From positions 108,880 through 172,879 of the forward strand of contig JBGPGO010000009.1 in NCBI GenBank assembly GCA_041483895.1: a stretch of DNA of 64,000 bases, given 5' to 3'. This document shows positions 20,090 to 29,983 of this stretch, one piece after another (the stretch's first letter is position 1; each line of letters begins with the position of its first letter). The DNA comes from Fimbriimonadia bacterium. GTDB lineage: Bacteria; Armatimonadota; Fimbriimonadia; Fimbriimonadales; JABRVX01. The notes beneath the pieces were generated by a model that was given only the letters and a program-made list of their open reading frames with translations, searched no databases and was not told the origin of the DNA. The position numbers and the translations under genes were made by a program.

Positions 20090-20783
20090 CTTTGGCCTCC
20101 CCGCTACCGAAACTGGTGGTCGATGCGACCTCCGCGGGCTTCTGCTTGAAGATATATGCCCGCACGCTAAAGGTGACATCGAGCGAAGGCGGACCGGTCT
20201 CTCCGGGCAGCCTGTTCTTTGTCGTCACGGCCACAGATCGCACGGCGATTACCTTTGGAAAACTGCCGAGCCGTTTGAGAAAGTCGACTATCTCCGGGAA
20301 TCGGCCGGAAGCCTGGATTTCGATATCCAACTCTTCGTATGGCTTCTTTTGCTCCTTGAGCTTATCGGCCTCTTCCTTTTTCTTGTCCTCATCCCCCTCT
20401 TTGGGGGCGCCGGCCTTTGCGTCCGTCGGCTTTGGCTTGGCCTTCTTGGCGATCGGCCGCACTCCGACGATCTTCAATCCCGATTCCGTGCAGAATCGCT
20501 CCATCTCACCAAGCATTGTCGGAACGTAGTCCCTTGTGGACACGTTCATTTCCAAATGCTGGAGCTTCATTCTGTTGTCAACGATTTGCGTGCGCAGACT
20601 GGTCATCTCGGCGCGGATTTCCGCGGGACCGCCAACCTCTTTGGCCATAGCGTCCGCCTCGTGCTTGGCATCGGACATCAGGCCCCCCTCAAAGTACATA
20701 CCTGCTGCGGTCGCCAGAGCGGTAACGACCATGAGCAACACGAAAATCCGTTGGATCCGATTGAGGGTTTCAGCTTTTTGCAC
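20079..20783 (-). CDS. pilO: Type IV pilus assembly protein PilO
   Basis: TM + coiled coil; YEELDIEIQASGRFPEIVDFLKRLGSFPKVI. Confidence 0.85.
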   Translation of the reverse strand: MQKAETLNRIQRIFVLLMVVTALATAAGMYFEGGLMSDAKHEADAMAKEVGGPAEIRAEMTSLRTQIVDNRMKLQHLEMNVSTRDYVPTMLGEMERFCTESGLKIVGVRPIAKKAKPKPTDAKAGAPKEGDEDKKKEEADKLKEQKKPYEELDIEIQASGRFPEIVDFLKRLGSFPKVIAVRSVAVTTKNRLPGETGPPSLDVTFSVRAYIFKQKPAEVASTTSFGSGEAKGGG

Positions 20784-21378
20784 CGGCGGCCTCCTTTTGA
20801 TTGGGGTCGGGCTTGGCATCACCGAAACTTATCTTTGTGTACACTTCGAACTCCACTCCCTGGGAAGCCACGTTCTGCTTTTCGCGCGTAAACTTCAACT
20901 CCATGTCGCCAAGGTCGGGGCTGTTGTTGAGGCGCATCATCGTTTCGCCCACCAACTCCTGATTGACAGCGATGCCGGTGAAAGTGACATCAACGTCTTC
21001 CGAATCCTGTTTGGACTGGCCAATTCGAATGCCTGTGAGCCAAGCCCCCTGCGGCATCTCCATGCTCAAGTGCTCCAGAATCCGGATCCACCGATCGGTG
21101 AATTTGCCCGCGTTTTGAAGGGTCGTAAGACGCGGCACCAGCATGGACAGTTCCTTCTTGCCTACGTCGAGAACATCAAGCTGCGGCTGTAGCGCGGCGT
21201 TCTTCGCCTCCAATTCGGCGAGCCGCTCGTTCTGCTTGTCCACCTGCCACAAGATGAAACCGAACGCGCCAACACAGACGAGCAGCTCCACTCCCCAAAC
21301 CATCATGGTGAATCGCGTGCGCCGAATCCCGGCTCGCCGGGCAGACCTCTGTTCGGCAATTAGGTTGATTAACGGCAT
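20770..21378 (-). CDS. pilN: Type IV pilus assembly protein PilN
   Basis: N-terminal INLI motif, TM, W..IL..L...MPQGAWLT. Confidence 0.88.
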   Translation of the reverse strand: MPLINLIAEQRSARRAGIRRTRFTMMVWGVELLVCVGAFGFILWQVDKQNERLAELEAKNAALQPQLDVLDVGKKELSMLVPRLTTLQNAGKFTDRWIRILEHLSMEMPQGAWLTGIRIGQSKQDSEDVDVTFTGIAVNQELVGETMMRLNNSPDLGDMELKFTREKQNVASQGVEFEVYTKISFGDAKPDPNQKEAAGAKS

Positions 21379-21391
21379 CGATCTCCTCCTG

Positions 21392-22492
21392 TCACGCGGC
21401 CACCGCCTGTCGCCCGGGCCGTCTCATCGCCAATCCCGCGGCTACTCCGTAATCTTCGCCTCCAACATCCATGTCGTCGCTCGCAAATTGGAAGCGGCCT
21501 GTGTCCCAAACACCGAGGGCAACGCAGGGAATTCCGAGCTTGTAGCCGATGTACTGGCCGATGCCGGGAACGCGGGAGCAGCCGCCCGTTGCGATCACCG
21601 TACTGACGGGCGCGCCGCTTCCACCTTCTGTATGCTGTGTCTGGTAATAGTTGATCGACCGGCGAATCTCTCGGACCAGCTCATCGACAATCGGCTGCAA
21701 CAGTCGGAGTTCGGCGCTGTCTTGGATGTTGGCGTTCTCTTCGCACAGTTGGGCGAAATCCAATCTCCGCTTCGTCTCTTCCGCTTCCCCCGGGTTCGTC
21801 CGGAAATAGGTGGAAATGGCGTCCGTGAACGTCGCGCCGGCGATTGGTATCGAGCGGGTCAACGAGAACTGACCGTAGGCGATCATGCTGATGTGCGTGT
21901 GCCAGCCACCCATGTCAACGAGCGCGATCACCTCGTCTTTGTAGTTGTTGTCGGCCTGGTACTCGATGAGGGCGCGGTAGAGCGCGAAACCTTCGATGTC
22001 CACAAGCTCCGTGTCCAACCCCGCCAAACGGCAGGCGGTCACCCGGCTTTCGACCATCTCTTTCGGCGCGGCCACCACCAAGACGTCCATCTTGTTATCT
22101 TCGCAATCCCCGATGATCTCGAATTCAATGTAGCTGTCCTCAATGGACGATGGAACATATTTCCCGGCCTCGAACTTGATCGACTTCCGCAAAGAAGCCT
22201 CGTTCATCTTGGGCAGCTTCACCGTTCGAACGATGACGGAAGAACCGGCCACGGCGATATTGGCGGTCGAGGCCGTGATGTCGTGGGCGCGGACCAGATC
22301 TCGGATTGCATGCCCCACGCCTTCGGTATCCACGACGACGCCGTCACGAACCGACTCGGTTGGCGACGGGAACGAGCCCGCAGCCAGAATTCTCCAGCCC
22401 CCGGGGCACGGCTCCAATTGGACGGCCTTTAGGGTGTGGGTCCCGATATCGACGCCGACGTATGACTCTTTCGCAAAAGGGTTAAGGCCCAT
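21392..22492 (-). CDS. pilM: Type IV pilus assembly protein PilM
   Basis: Actin-like VGVDIGTHTLK, EAGKYVP, LVDMGG and TGGCS; ends AAGLAMR. Confidence 0.92.
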   Translation of the reverse strand: MGLNPFAKESYVGVDIGTHTLKAVQLEPCPGGWRILAAGSFPSPTESVRDGVVVDTEGVGHAIRDLVRAHDITASTANIAVAGSSVIVRTVKLPKMNEASLRKSIKFEAGKYVPSSIEDSYIEFEIIGDCEDNKMDVLVVAAPKEMVESRVTACRLAGLDTELVDIEGFALYRALIEYQADNNYKDEVIALVDMGGWHTHISMIAYGQFSLTRSIPIAGATFTDAISTYFRTNPGEAEETKRRLDFAQLCEENANIQDSAELRLLQPIVDELVREIRRSINYYQTQHTEGGSGAPVSTVIATGGCSRVPGIGQYIGYKLGIPCVALGVWDTGRFQFASDDMDVGGEDYGVAAGLAMRRPGRQAVAA

Positions 22493-22943
22493 CGGGACCC
22501 TCCTCGTATTCCTGTTCGTTTGTGAGGTCCGCCATGGACCGCGCGGCCAGCCAGTCGTCGAGCGCCGCCTTCGGGAAGCGCCATTTACCTTCCAGCTTGA
22601 ACGCAGGCACCTGATGCGATTCGCACAATTGTTCAAGATCGCCGGCTGTGATGCGAACATATTTGGCCGCCTCGCGCAATGTCAAAACAGAGTGGGCGCC
22701 CCGGACGATTCCGCTCAACAGAATGCTTAGCTGCTCCGGGTCCAAAAACAGTTCCAAGCGAACGATGCTGCCGCCGAACACCTCTTTGTTTGGCGCGGCC
22801 GGCGGCGCAACGTGCAGAGCCGCGGAGCCGGCGGTTGCAGCCGATGTCGGCGGCTGTGGGATCACGGCCGCTGAGGTCAAGGAAGGATCCGTGACCGGCG
22901 TCGGATTCTTTGCAGCTTGTCTGATTGCGTCTACGAGTTGCAT
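22482..22943 (-). CDS. Excisionase-family HTH DNA-binding protein
   Basis: VLTLREAAKYVRI...VPAFKLEGKWRF...LDDWL. Confidence 0.8.
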   Translation of the reverse strand: MQLVDAIRQAAKNPTPVTDPSLTSAAVIPQPPTSAATAGSAALHVAPPAAPNKEVFGGSIVRLELFLDPEQLSILLSGIVRGAHSVLTLREAAKYVRITAGDLEQLCESHQVPAFKLEGKWRFPKAALDDWLAARSMADLTNEQEYEEGPDGP

Positions 22944-22946
22944 CTC

Positions 22947-23762
22947 CTACCAGTCCTTCCCGTCAAAGTCTTGAATAATTCCGTGCATGGTCACGCCATC
23001 GATGCGCTGCGACTTTTGCGACATCGCAACCAAAAGGGCGTTGTCGGCGAGCTGACTGATGATCCGGGGAGTACCTTCCGTGTACTTGTGTATCTCGTAA
23101 ACGGCATCGGGCAAAAACGGGGACATCTCGCCGAGGTACCCGGCTATGCGCAATCTGTGCATGATCATCTCGCCCGTCTCGTTCTGATCCAGCCCCTTGA
23201 GCTCGTATCGAATGGAAAGGCGCTGTTTGAGGGCAGGCACCTTCTCGATCTTGCGTTTGATCTCTAGCTGGCCCATAAGGAGCAGGCTGAGAAGAAACTG
23301 ATCGTTCATCTGGCAGTTGAGCAGCAGGCGCAATTCCTCAAAGGTGCTCGTCTGCTTGATCAGGTGCGCCTCGTCCACGATCAGAACAATCTGCTGACCA
23401 CGCTCGTAAGCGCAGAGCAGATGATTGTGCAGCGTGTTCACGAGTGTCTGCCGGTTTTTTGAATTCGTCGTGACCCCAAGCTGCGACAGGATTTCCTGGT
23501 GCATTTGCGAGGGGCTAAGAACAGGGTCGACGATCAGGACCACCTTATAGGCGACCGGATCGAGCAGCTCCAGCAGCTTGCGGCTGACGGTTGTCTTTCC
23601 ATATCCGATATCTCCGCACAGCATGGCCGCACCCTTGTTTCGCGTGATGGCATAGTGCAACATCATCAGCGCATCCTCGTGCTTGCGACTCAAGTACAAG
23701 AAGCGGGGGTCTGGTGTTAGGCTGAACGGTGGCTCATTGAGGCCCCAGTACTGTTCGTACAT
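22947..23762 (-). CDS. ExeA/GspA-family AAA ATPase
   Basis: MYEQYWGLNEPPFSLTPDPRF, GDIGYGKT, LIVDEAH and GTPRII. Confidence 0.92.
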   Translation of the reverse strand: MYEQYWGLNEPPFSLTPDPRFLYLSRKHEDALMMLHYAITRNKGAAMLCGDIGYGKTTVSRKLLELLDPVAYKVVLIVDPVLSPSQMHQEILSQLGVTTNSKNRQTLVNTLHNHLLCAYERGQQIVLIVDEAHLIKQTSTFEELRLLLNCQMNDQFLLSLLLMGQLEIKRKIEKVPALKQRLSIRYELKGLDQNETGEMIMHRLRIAGYLGEMSPFLPDAVYEIHKYTEGTPRIISQLADNALLVAMSQKSQRIDGVTMHGIIQDFDGKDW

Positions 23763-23917
23763 TCACATCCTCCCGGCAGGACTCACAGCAGGATTATCGT
23801 CACGGGGCGGAGGAAGCTATAGGCGGTTTTTAGCTTTGGGGACCGGTTCCTACGGGGGTGCGGTTTTCAACCAAGTGGTCTTAACAGGTTCCTGATTTCG
23901 GTTCTTGTAAGGCTGGG

Positions 23918-23965
23918 ATCGGATAAATAGGACATATAGGTCCCATACGACCGATATGTCCTATT
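23918..23965. repeat. 9-bp-period ATAGGACNT-type repeat forming a hairpin
   Basis: ATCGGATAA ATAGGACAT ATAGGTCCC ATACGACCG ATATGTCCT AT. Confidence 0.75.
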
Positions 23966-24002
23966 CTGCAGGCCATGCCAGGCTATCGGGTACCGTTGGG
24001 GT

Positions 24003-24812
24003 GTGTCGGAGTTTTGGCTGTTCGTCGTCGGGTTGGGTGTTGGATTGGTGGGGACGCTCGTTGGGGCTGGGGGAGGGTTTTTGCTCGTTCCGCTCCTCCT
24101 GTTCGTCTATCCTCATGACTCGCCGGAAAGAATCACCGCGATTTCGCTGGCCGTCGTGTTTTTCAATGCCGCGTCGGGCTCGGTTGCCTACCACCGAATG
24201 GGGCGGATCGATTACCGATCCGGGCTTCTCTTCAGCTTGGCGACGATTCCAGGGGCGATTGGGGGAGCTTTGGTGACCAGCTTCATCCCGCGACGCACCT
24301 TCGACGGGATATTTGGCGTTGTACTGGTCTGCATTGCCGCCGCCCTGTTCCTCCGGCCGGAGAAGGCTGACCGTAAACCCACCGCGCCGACGGCGGGTCA
24401 TACCCACCGAGAGATCGTGGATCGCGACGGCACTGTCCATCGTTACTCGTACGACCTCAAGCTTGGGATGGCAATCAGCGTTGGAGTGGGTTTCTTGTCC
24501 AGCCTTCTTGGGATTGGCGGTGGCATCATCCACGTCCCCGCGCTCGTCCACATTCTCGGTTTTCCCGTCCATCTGGCGACGGCAACCTCCCACTTCATCC
24601 TGGCGATCACGGCGCTGACCGGAACATTGACGCATTTGTCCCAAGGCTCGCTTGCCGGGACGTTCGGGAGAATTTTGCCCCTCGCCATCGGAGTTCTCAT
24701 CGGCGCGCAGGCCGGAGCGCCGCTATCCAACCGGATCCATGGACGCAACATCGTTCGGGTACTGGCTGTGGCGTTGGCGTTCGTCGGAGTGCGCTTACTG
24801 GCCGGTCGCTAA
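24003..24812 (+). CDS. TauE/SafE sulfite-exporter family membrane protein
   Basis: GTLVGAGGGFLLVP and SSLLGIGGGIIHVP...ATATS internal repeat. Confidence 0.9.
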   Translation: MSEFWLFVVGLGVGLVGTLVGAGGGFLLVPLLLFVYPHDSPERITAISLAVVFFNAASGSVAYHRMGRIDYRSGLLFSLATIPGAIGGALVTSFIPRRTFDGIFGVVLVCIAAALFLRPEKADRKPTAPTAGHTHREIVDRDGTVHRYSYDLKLGMAISVGVGFLSSLLGIGGGIIHVPALVHILGFPVHLATATSHFILAITALTGTLTHLSQGSLAGTFGRILPLAIGVLIGAQAGAPLSNRIHGRNIVRVLAVALAFVGVRLLAGR

Positions 24813-25118
24813 CGCCACTTGGAACGGCCAGACCTCGACGGTAAACACGCCCCTGACGATCGCCGGATCGTTCGCGGCGATCTCCTGAGCGGCGGCCAGG
24901 TCGTCGGCCTTGAAGACGGCAATTCCGAACTCCGCATCCTCTCGGCGGCCTGCGAGGTAGAGCGTGCCGGCTTCCAGCATCTGCTTTAAGTACTGGAAGT
25001 GCTCGCCGACGGCTTCCAACTCTTCCGGCGTGCCGTCTGCCGGGAAGGTGGGTCGGGGCGGACGGACCATATAAAGAAAGTCGGGCGTATGATTCCGTTC
25101 CAGGGGGAGCGCCGGCAT
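24795..25118 (-). CDS. YciI-family protein (start uncertain)
   Basis: EHFQYLKQ...GTLYLAGR...NDPAI...EVWPF. Confidence 0.8.
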   Translation of the reverse strand: MPALPLERNHTPDFLYMVRPPRPTFPADGTPEELEAVGEHFQYLKQMLEAGTLYLAGRREDAEFGIAVFKADDLAAAQEIAANDPAIVRGVFTVEVWPFQVALATGQ

Positions 25119-25203
25119 CCTGCCGGCGTCGCATCGGAAATATCGGACTTACAGGACGTATGGGTCGCATAGGTCGTATGCCGGCTGGAAGCCAGCGCTC
25201 CCC
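25104..25203. repeat. Composite REP-like element: inverted arms enclosing five 9-mers
   Basis: GGGGAGCGCCGGCATCCTGCCGGCGT ... ATGCCGGCTGGAAGCCAGCGCTCCCC around ATCGGAAAT ATCGGACTT ACAGGACGT ATGGGTCGC ATAGGTCGT. Confidence 0.75.
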
Positions 25204-26582
25204 TATTTGGCGGCGAAGCTCAGCAATAGCAGCAGGCTGTTGTAGGTCCCGTGCATGACGATGCAGGCGAGCAGGCTGCGCCGTTCCCGGAGCAGGAGGC
25301 AGGACACCAGTCCGACCCCGGCGATGGAGAGATAGCCGGCAAAAAGCTGGGGATGAACGATGGCGAACGCGACGGATGACAAGATGGCCGCCGGCCAGAA
25401 ACGGCCGAGCCGTCGCCACAATCCCATGAACAGCGCCCCGCGAAACAGCAGCTCTTCCGTTACCGGCGCTACGACGCTGGCTTCGAAGAAGATAACAATC
25501 CACTTGAGCCACGACCCGTTCTGCGCGATCTCTTGCGAAATCGGGTGGGGCGCTTGCGGCAGTCCGTAGAATAGCGGGATGGAGATGAAATAGCCGACCA
25601 CCGCGGCAAATACGGCAACAGCGGCTCCGCAGATGCCCCAAACGACATTTGCCTTCCAATCGCGAAGATGCCAGCCGATGGTTTCAAGATTAAGACCGAC
25701 GCGGTGGGCCACTCGTCTGAGATAGTACAGCGTTACCGCAAATGCGGCAATGGCGATCAGCAATTGGTAGTCCAGCGCGGCTTCGATCCCGGATTTGCCG
25801 CCCAGTTGAGACACGATGGAGACGAACGCTCCGGCGATGCCGATCGAAGCAAGGAGATAGAGGATGAACACCTCGCCGAGCCCGTCGGCAGCGCCCTTGT
25901 CCGGGATGTCGGGTGGGTAGAAGGAGAACCCCAATCGGTATATGGCATAGCCCAGCGCCAATGCCAATCCAGCGGCCATCGCGAGTAAATACAAGCCGAC
26001 GGTCGTCGCCTCCCAGGGTTTGTTCGACTGATCCTTCGCCGTCGCCGCTTTCCGTTCTTTCGCAGCCAGTTTGCCGCGGCCGGTGCGTTCGAGCAATGCC
26101 CAGCGGGCAATCTTTCGCACGGAGGGCAGGTCGTACTTGTCGAGCAGCTTTTCGGCCTCTGGGATTTCTCCGGGCAAAAACCGCTTGGCGCCATAGATCT
26201 TTTCCCACAGTTGCGTGAGTTGCCTTCCGGTCTCCCCTCCCGCCATTTCATCCTGCAGCGCGACCGTCTTTCGCGCATTGCCGAGACTGAATTCAAATTG
26301 GATCGAGGCGGCGACGCGAAGTGCCGGATTTCTTGTTGGGCCCTTGGTTTTCAGAAGCTCGTCCACGATGGGCCGCAATTTCGGGCCGTATGTATCTGAA
26401 GGAGACCCGATTGAATCCGCGACGGCGCTATCAGCTCCCTGAAGGGCGGGATCCTCGCGGCCGAAAAGCTCTCCAGCGAATTGCAAAAGAATCAGGAAGG
26501 CGACGACCACCCAAATCCAAGGTCGCTCGGGGCTTGCCTGCCTGCTTTCCGGCGGGGGCGCATCGATCGGATCGAATTCCAC
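25203..26582 (-). CDS. CPBP (Abi/CAAX) intramembrane metalloprotease
   Basis: APVTEELLFRG, FAIVH and HGTYN motifs. Confidence 0.9.
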   Translation of the reverse strand: MEFDPIDAPPPESRQASPERPWIWVVVAFLILLQFAGELFGREDPALQGADSAVADSIGSPSDTYGPKLRPIVDELLKTKGPTRNPALRVAASIQFEFSLGNARKTVALQDEMAGGETGRQLTQLWEKIYGAKRFLPGEIPEAEKLLDKYDLPSVRKIARWALLERTGRGKLAAKERKAATAKDQSNKPWEATTVGLYLLAMAAGLALALGYAIYRLGFSFYPPDIPDKGAADGLGEVFILYLLASIGIAGAFVSIVSQLGGKSGIEAALDYQLLIAIAAFAVTLYYLRRVAHRVGLNLETIGWHLRDWKANVVWGICGAAVAVFAAVVGYFISIPLFYGLPQAPHPISQEIAQNGSWLKWIVIFFEASVVAPVTEELLFRGALFMGLWRRLGRFWPAAILSSVAFAIVHPQLFAGYLSIAGVGLVSCLLLRERRSLLACIVMHGTYNSLLLLLSFAAK

Positions 26583-26642
26583 GGGAGGCTAATACCTGAT
26601 TTCGGCAGGTTCTCCTTTGTTGCGCGTTGAAATGGGGCCCTC

Positions 26643-28292
26643 GTGGATATCTTCTCCAACCTCACGTACTTTGACGGCCGTCGCTTTGTTCCGGGCGAGA
26701 TCGCGGTTTCTGACGGTCAGATTGTGGAGGTTTCCGAGCACGTTTCCCGTGCGGGAAAGCGGCTGGATTTGGGCGCCGCTTACCTCAGTCCGGCGTATAA
26801 CGACTGCCATTGCCACACCACAATGCTGGCCGAAAGCTTTACTCAAATCGATGTCGGCGCGCGCGCATGTCCCTCGATTGCTGATGTCTTGGCGGCGCTG
26901 CGAAATGTCGATCCGGCTCGGCCCTGGGTGATCGGCAACGGGTTTAGCCAGGGATTGGTGGCGGAGCGGCGGTACCCGACGTTGGCGGAGCTGGATTCGG
27001 TTGCGCCCGAGCGCCCTCTGTACATTTGGGACGCCAGCAGGCATGGCATGACAGCCAACAGCAAAGCGCTGCAGATTGCGGAGATTGGAGAGAAAACGAA
27101 CGACCCAACTGCCGGCAAAATTGGTCGAGACGAATCCGGCAAACCAAATGGGCAGCTCTTTGAAAGTGCCATGGGGTTGGTTCGTCGGAAGGCGCCAAAA
27201 ATCACTCAAACCGAGCTGGCCGATGCTCTGCCGGAAGCGGCGCGGCATTTGCACCGGATGGGGATTACGGCGGCAACCGACCTATCTTCATTCCGATTTG
27301 GGGTCGAGGTCGAGATGGGGGCCTACGAGAAGGCAGTGGAGCGAGGAATGAAGCTGCGGGTCCGGTTGACGCCGCTTTTCGAGCTGCTAACGGCGATTCC
27401 GGACTGGGAAACGTGGGACCCGTGGCGCGGGCATCCGCTCTTGTCATTGGGCGGCGTGAAGCTGTTTGCCGATGGGGCGATCGGGACACGAACCGCGTTC
27501 ATTTCCGGGGAGTACTCCAGCGGCGGATCGGGCTTTCCGATCTACAGTCAGGACGAGCTGAATGAGAAGGTGATGACGATCCATCGGTCGGGCAGGCAGT
27601 GCATCATCCATGCGATCGGAGATCAGGCCGCCCGCATGGCGCTGGATGCGTATGAAAGCGCGTTGCAAGAAGACCCCCACCCTAACCCTCCCCCGCAAGC
27701 GGGGGAGGGGGTCTTAGCTGGCCCGCAAGCGGGGGAGGGGGAAAAGAATGATGCGACCGGTCTCCCGACCGAGTCGCAACCGAGGAGCCCTCGTCATCGC
27801 ATCGAACATTCCATGCTGCTCGACCCGGCGCTCATATTGCGATATTCGGAATTGGGGATCTGCGCGGGGGTGCAGCCGGAGTTCCTTCTTCGGTTCGGGG
27901 ATGACTATTTTGCGGCGTTAGGAGACAGAGCGGCGACGATCAAGCCGTTGCGCTCCCTCCTGCGGGCCGGGGTTCCGTTGGGGTTCAGCTCGGACCTTCC
28001 CATCGTGCCCGGCGACCCAGGGGACGGGATGGTGGCGGCGGTCCAACGAGAATCCGGCAGCGGGCGGCAGTTCGATTTGGCGGAGCGGATCACGGCGGGA
28101 GAGGCGTTGGCAGCCTACACATCCGGTTCGGCCTATCTCAATTTTCAGGAAAATCTGTTGGGTTCGATTCGGCCTGGATGCCGGGCGGATTTTATCGTCT
28201 TTCGCGACGATCCGTTGGAACAGATTTCAGAAGGCCAGCATCCCGACATCTTTGCGACCTTTTTTGAAGGGGAATCGGTTTGGGAGAAGTGA
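26643..28292 (+). CDS. Amidohydrolase 3 (YtcJ-like) with an in-frame repeat insertion
   Basis: DCHCH, KLFADG, HAIGD, HRIEH, SSDLP and GSIRPGCRADF. Confidence 0.9.
   Translation: MDIFSNLTYFDGRRFVPGEIAVSDGQIVEVSEHVSRAGKRLDLGAAYLSPAYNDCHCHTTMLAESFTQIDVGARACPSIADVLAALRNVDPARPWVIGNGFSQGLVAERRYPTLAELDSVAPERPLYIWDASRHGMTANSKALQIAEIGEKTNDPTAGKIGRDESGKPNGQLFESAMGLVRRKAPKITQTELADALPEAARHLHRMGITAATDLSSFRFGVEVEMGAYEKAVERGMKLRVRLTPLFELLTAIPDWETWDPWRGHPLLSLGGVKLFADGAIGTRTAFISGEYSSGGSGFPIYSQDELNEKVMTIHRSGRQCIIHAIGDQAARMALDAYESALQEDPHPNPPPQAGEGVLAGPQAGEGEKNDATGLPTESQPRSPRHRIEHSMLLDPALILRYSELGICAGVQPEFLLRFGDDYFAALGDRAATIKPLRSLLRAGVPLGFSSDLPIVPGDPGDGMVAAVQRESGSGRQFDLAERITAGEALAAYTSGSAYLNFQENLLGSIRPGCRADFIVFRDDPLEQISEGQHPDIFATFFEGESVWEK
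27674..27778. repeat. Palindromic repeat inserted in frame in the amidohydrolase
   Basis: CCCCCACCCTAACCCTCCCCCGCAAGCGGGGGAGGGG, a partial second copy at 27722-27741 and a hairpin at 27752-27778. Confidence 0.8.
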
Positions 28293-28446
28293 TTTCGCGG
28301 AAGTGCAAGACCTACTTTTTCTTCCCGGCCTTCTTCTCCTTATCCTGCTTAATGTATTCTTTTGCCTTCTCGCCGAGCCGCTGACGCTTGACGCGAAGTT
28401 CCTTGTTTCGTACTCGCATGGTTTGTCCGACCTCCTGGAGCGGTCA

Positions 28447-29427
28447 TTATACCGAGAAATGATGGGACCGGGCCAGGTCCACCAATTCTTGCGGTGTGGG
28501 CACGGCGACGCCGACGTGGCGAACCACGCAGCCGGCCGCCAAATTGGCAATGCGCGCGGCGACGGTCATGTCGATGCCCGCTCCCAACGCCAGCGCGATC
28601 GTGGCTATGACCGTGTCGCCCGCGCCGGCGGTGTCGTACACCTCGACCCGCAATGCCCGGATTGGGGTCATCCGCTCTCCCAACAGGACCATGCCGTCTT
28701 CGCCCAGCGTGACGAGACCGTTTTCGATGCCGCACTCCCAAAGTTTGGACTGGGTGGCGTGGGACAGCTCTTCGTTCGTTGGCTCTTCGAGGCCGACAAA
28801 CCCCTCGGCTTCATGGCGATTGATGGACACGAGATCCGTCCCCGCATACCAAGAAATCGTCGCCGGTTTTGGATTGGCCACGCACGGCTTACGCATCTCT
28901 TTTGCAACGGCTATCAGTGTGCGCACCCGTTCTTCGTTGAGACATCCCTTGCGATAATCCGAAAGCACCAATGCGTCTGAATTCTTCAAAGCTGCGATGG
29001 CGGATTCAGTTACGTGATTCGAGGTTTCCGCCGATAACGGTCCTCGCTCTTCCCGATCCAATCGCAGCACCTGCTGGTGCTGCGCTATGATTCTTGTCTT
29101 GCGAGTAGTCTGCCGTGTGGCGTCGCGCACGATGTGATCTGTTTCGACGCATAGATCTTGCAGACATTGCTGAAGGGCCGCGCCGGCATCATCTTCTCCG
29201 ATCACGCCGACAAGGTTGGCCTTGCCGCCGATCGAGACAATGTTGTGCGCGACGTTGGCGGCTCCGCCAGGGACGCGGGAGTCGCGCTGGGCATCTAGCA
29301 CCATCACGGGGGCTTCCGGGCTGATCCGTGCGGCTTTTCCCCACACATAGTCATCCAGCATCAGATCGCCCACGACGGTGACGACCTTATTCTTGAACGA
29401 AGACAGGTATTGCTCGAGTTGGCTCAT
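28447..29427 (-). CDS. HldE/RfaE kinase domain (PfkB family heptose-7-phosphate kinase)
   Basis: VGDLMLDDY...RISPEAPV, PGGAANVA, LSDYRKG and DTAGAGDT. Confidence 0.9.
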   Translation of the reverse strand: MSQLEQYLSSFKNKVVTVVGDLMLDDYVWGKAARISPEAPVMVLDAQRDSRVPGGAANVAHNIVSIGGKANLVGVIGEDDAGAALQQCLQDLCVETDHIVRDATRQTTRKTRIIAQHQQVLRLDREERGPLSAETSNHVTESAIAALKNSDALVLSDYRKGCLNEERVRTLIAVAKEMRKPCVANPKPATISWYAGTDLVSINRHEAEGFVGLEEPTNEELSHATQSKLWECGIENGLVTLGEDGMVLLGERMTPIRALRVEVYDTAGAGDTVIATIALALGAGIDMTVAARIANLAAGCVVRHVGVAVPTPQELVDLARSHHFSV

Positions 29428-29442
29428 GGGACCGAAGAGGGA

Positions 29443-29982
29443 TTATACACGCAGGTCGGCAAATGAGATCGGCGGGAGCGGGTCGCGAGAGTGCTCCCCC
29501 AGGGTGAGGCGCCAAAATCCAACGTCGTGCCAGGCGCCGAATTTGTAGCCGATCTTCTGAAAAACGCCGATCGGTTGGAAGCCCATGGATTCGTGGAGTC
29601 GGACGCTCGCGTCGTTGGGCAGCGTGATTCCGGCAATGACGTTGATGAATCTTTGGCGCTGAAGGATCTCAAAGAGCGCAACGTAGAGCGCGCGGCCAAC
29701 TCCCTTTCCGCGTGCTTCGGCGGCGACGTAAACGGAGACTTCGACGGACCATTGATAGGCGGGACGATCTCGGAATTGGCGCGCATAGGCATAGCCGACG
29801 ACAATGCCATCCAATTCGCAAACCAGCCAGGGGAACATCGGAAAAGATTTGGTGATGCGCGCGAGCATCTCTTGTTCGTTTGGCGGTTCCAACTCGAATG
29901 ATATGGCCGTTTCGCGGACAATGGGGGAATAGATCGCGGCGCAGGTTGCCGCATCTTTCTGACAAGCGGTTCGGATGATCAT
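29443..29982 (-). CDS. GNAT acetyltransferase, phosphinothricin-acetyltransferase-like
   Basis: TAISFELEPP, RPAYQWSVEVSVY, PNDASVRLHESMGF and GYKFGAWHDV. Confidence 0.9.
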   Translation of the reverse strand: MIIRTACQKDAATCAAIYSPIVRETAISFELEPPNEQEMLARITKSFPMFPWLVCELDGIVVGYAYARQFRDRPAYQWSVEVSVYVAAEARGKGVGRALYVALFEILQRQRFINVIAGITLPNDASVRLHESMGFQPIGVFQKIGYKFGAWHDVGFWRLTLGEHSRDPLPPISFADLRV

Positions 29983-29983
29983 A

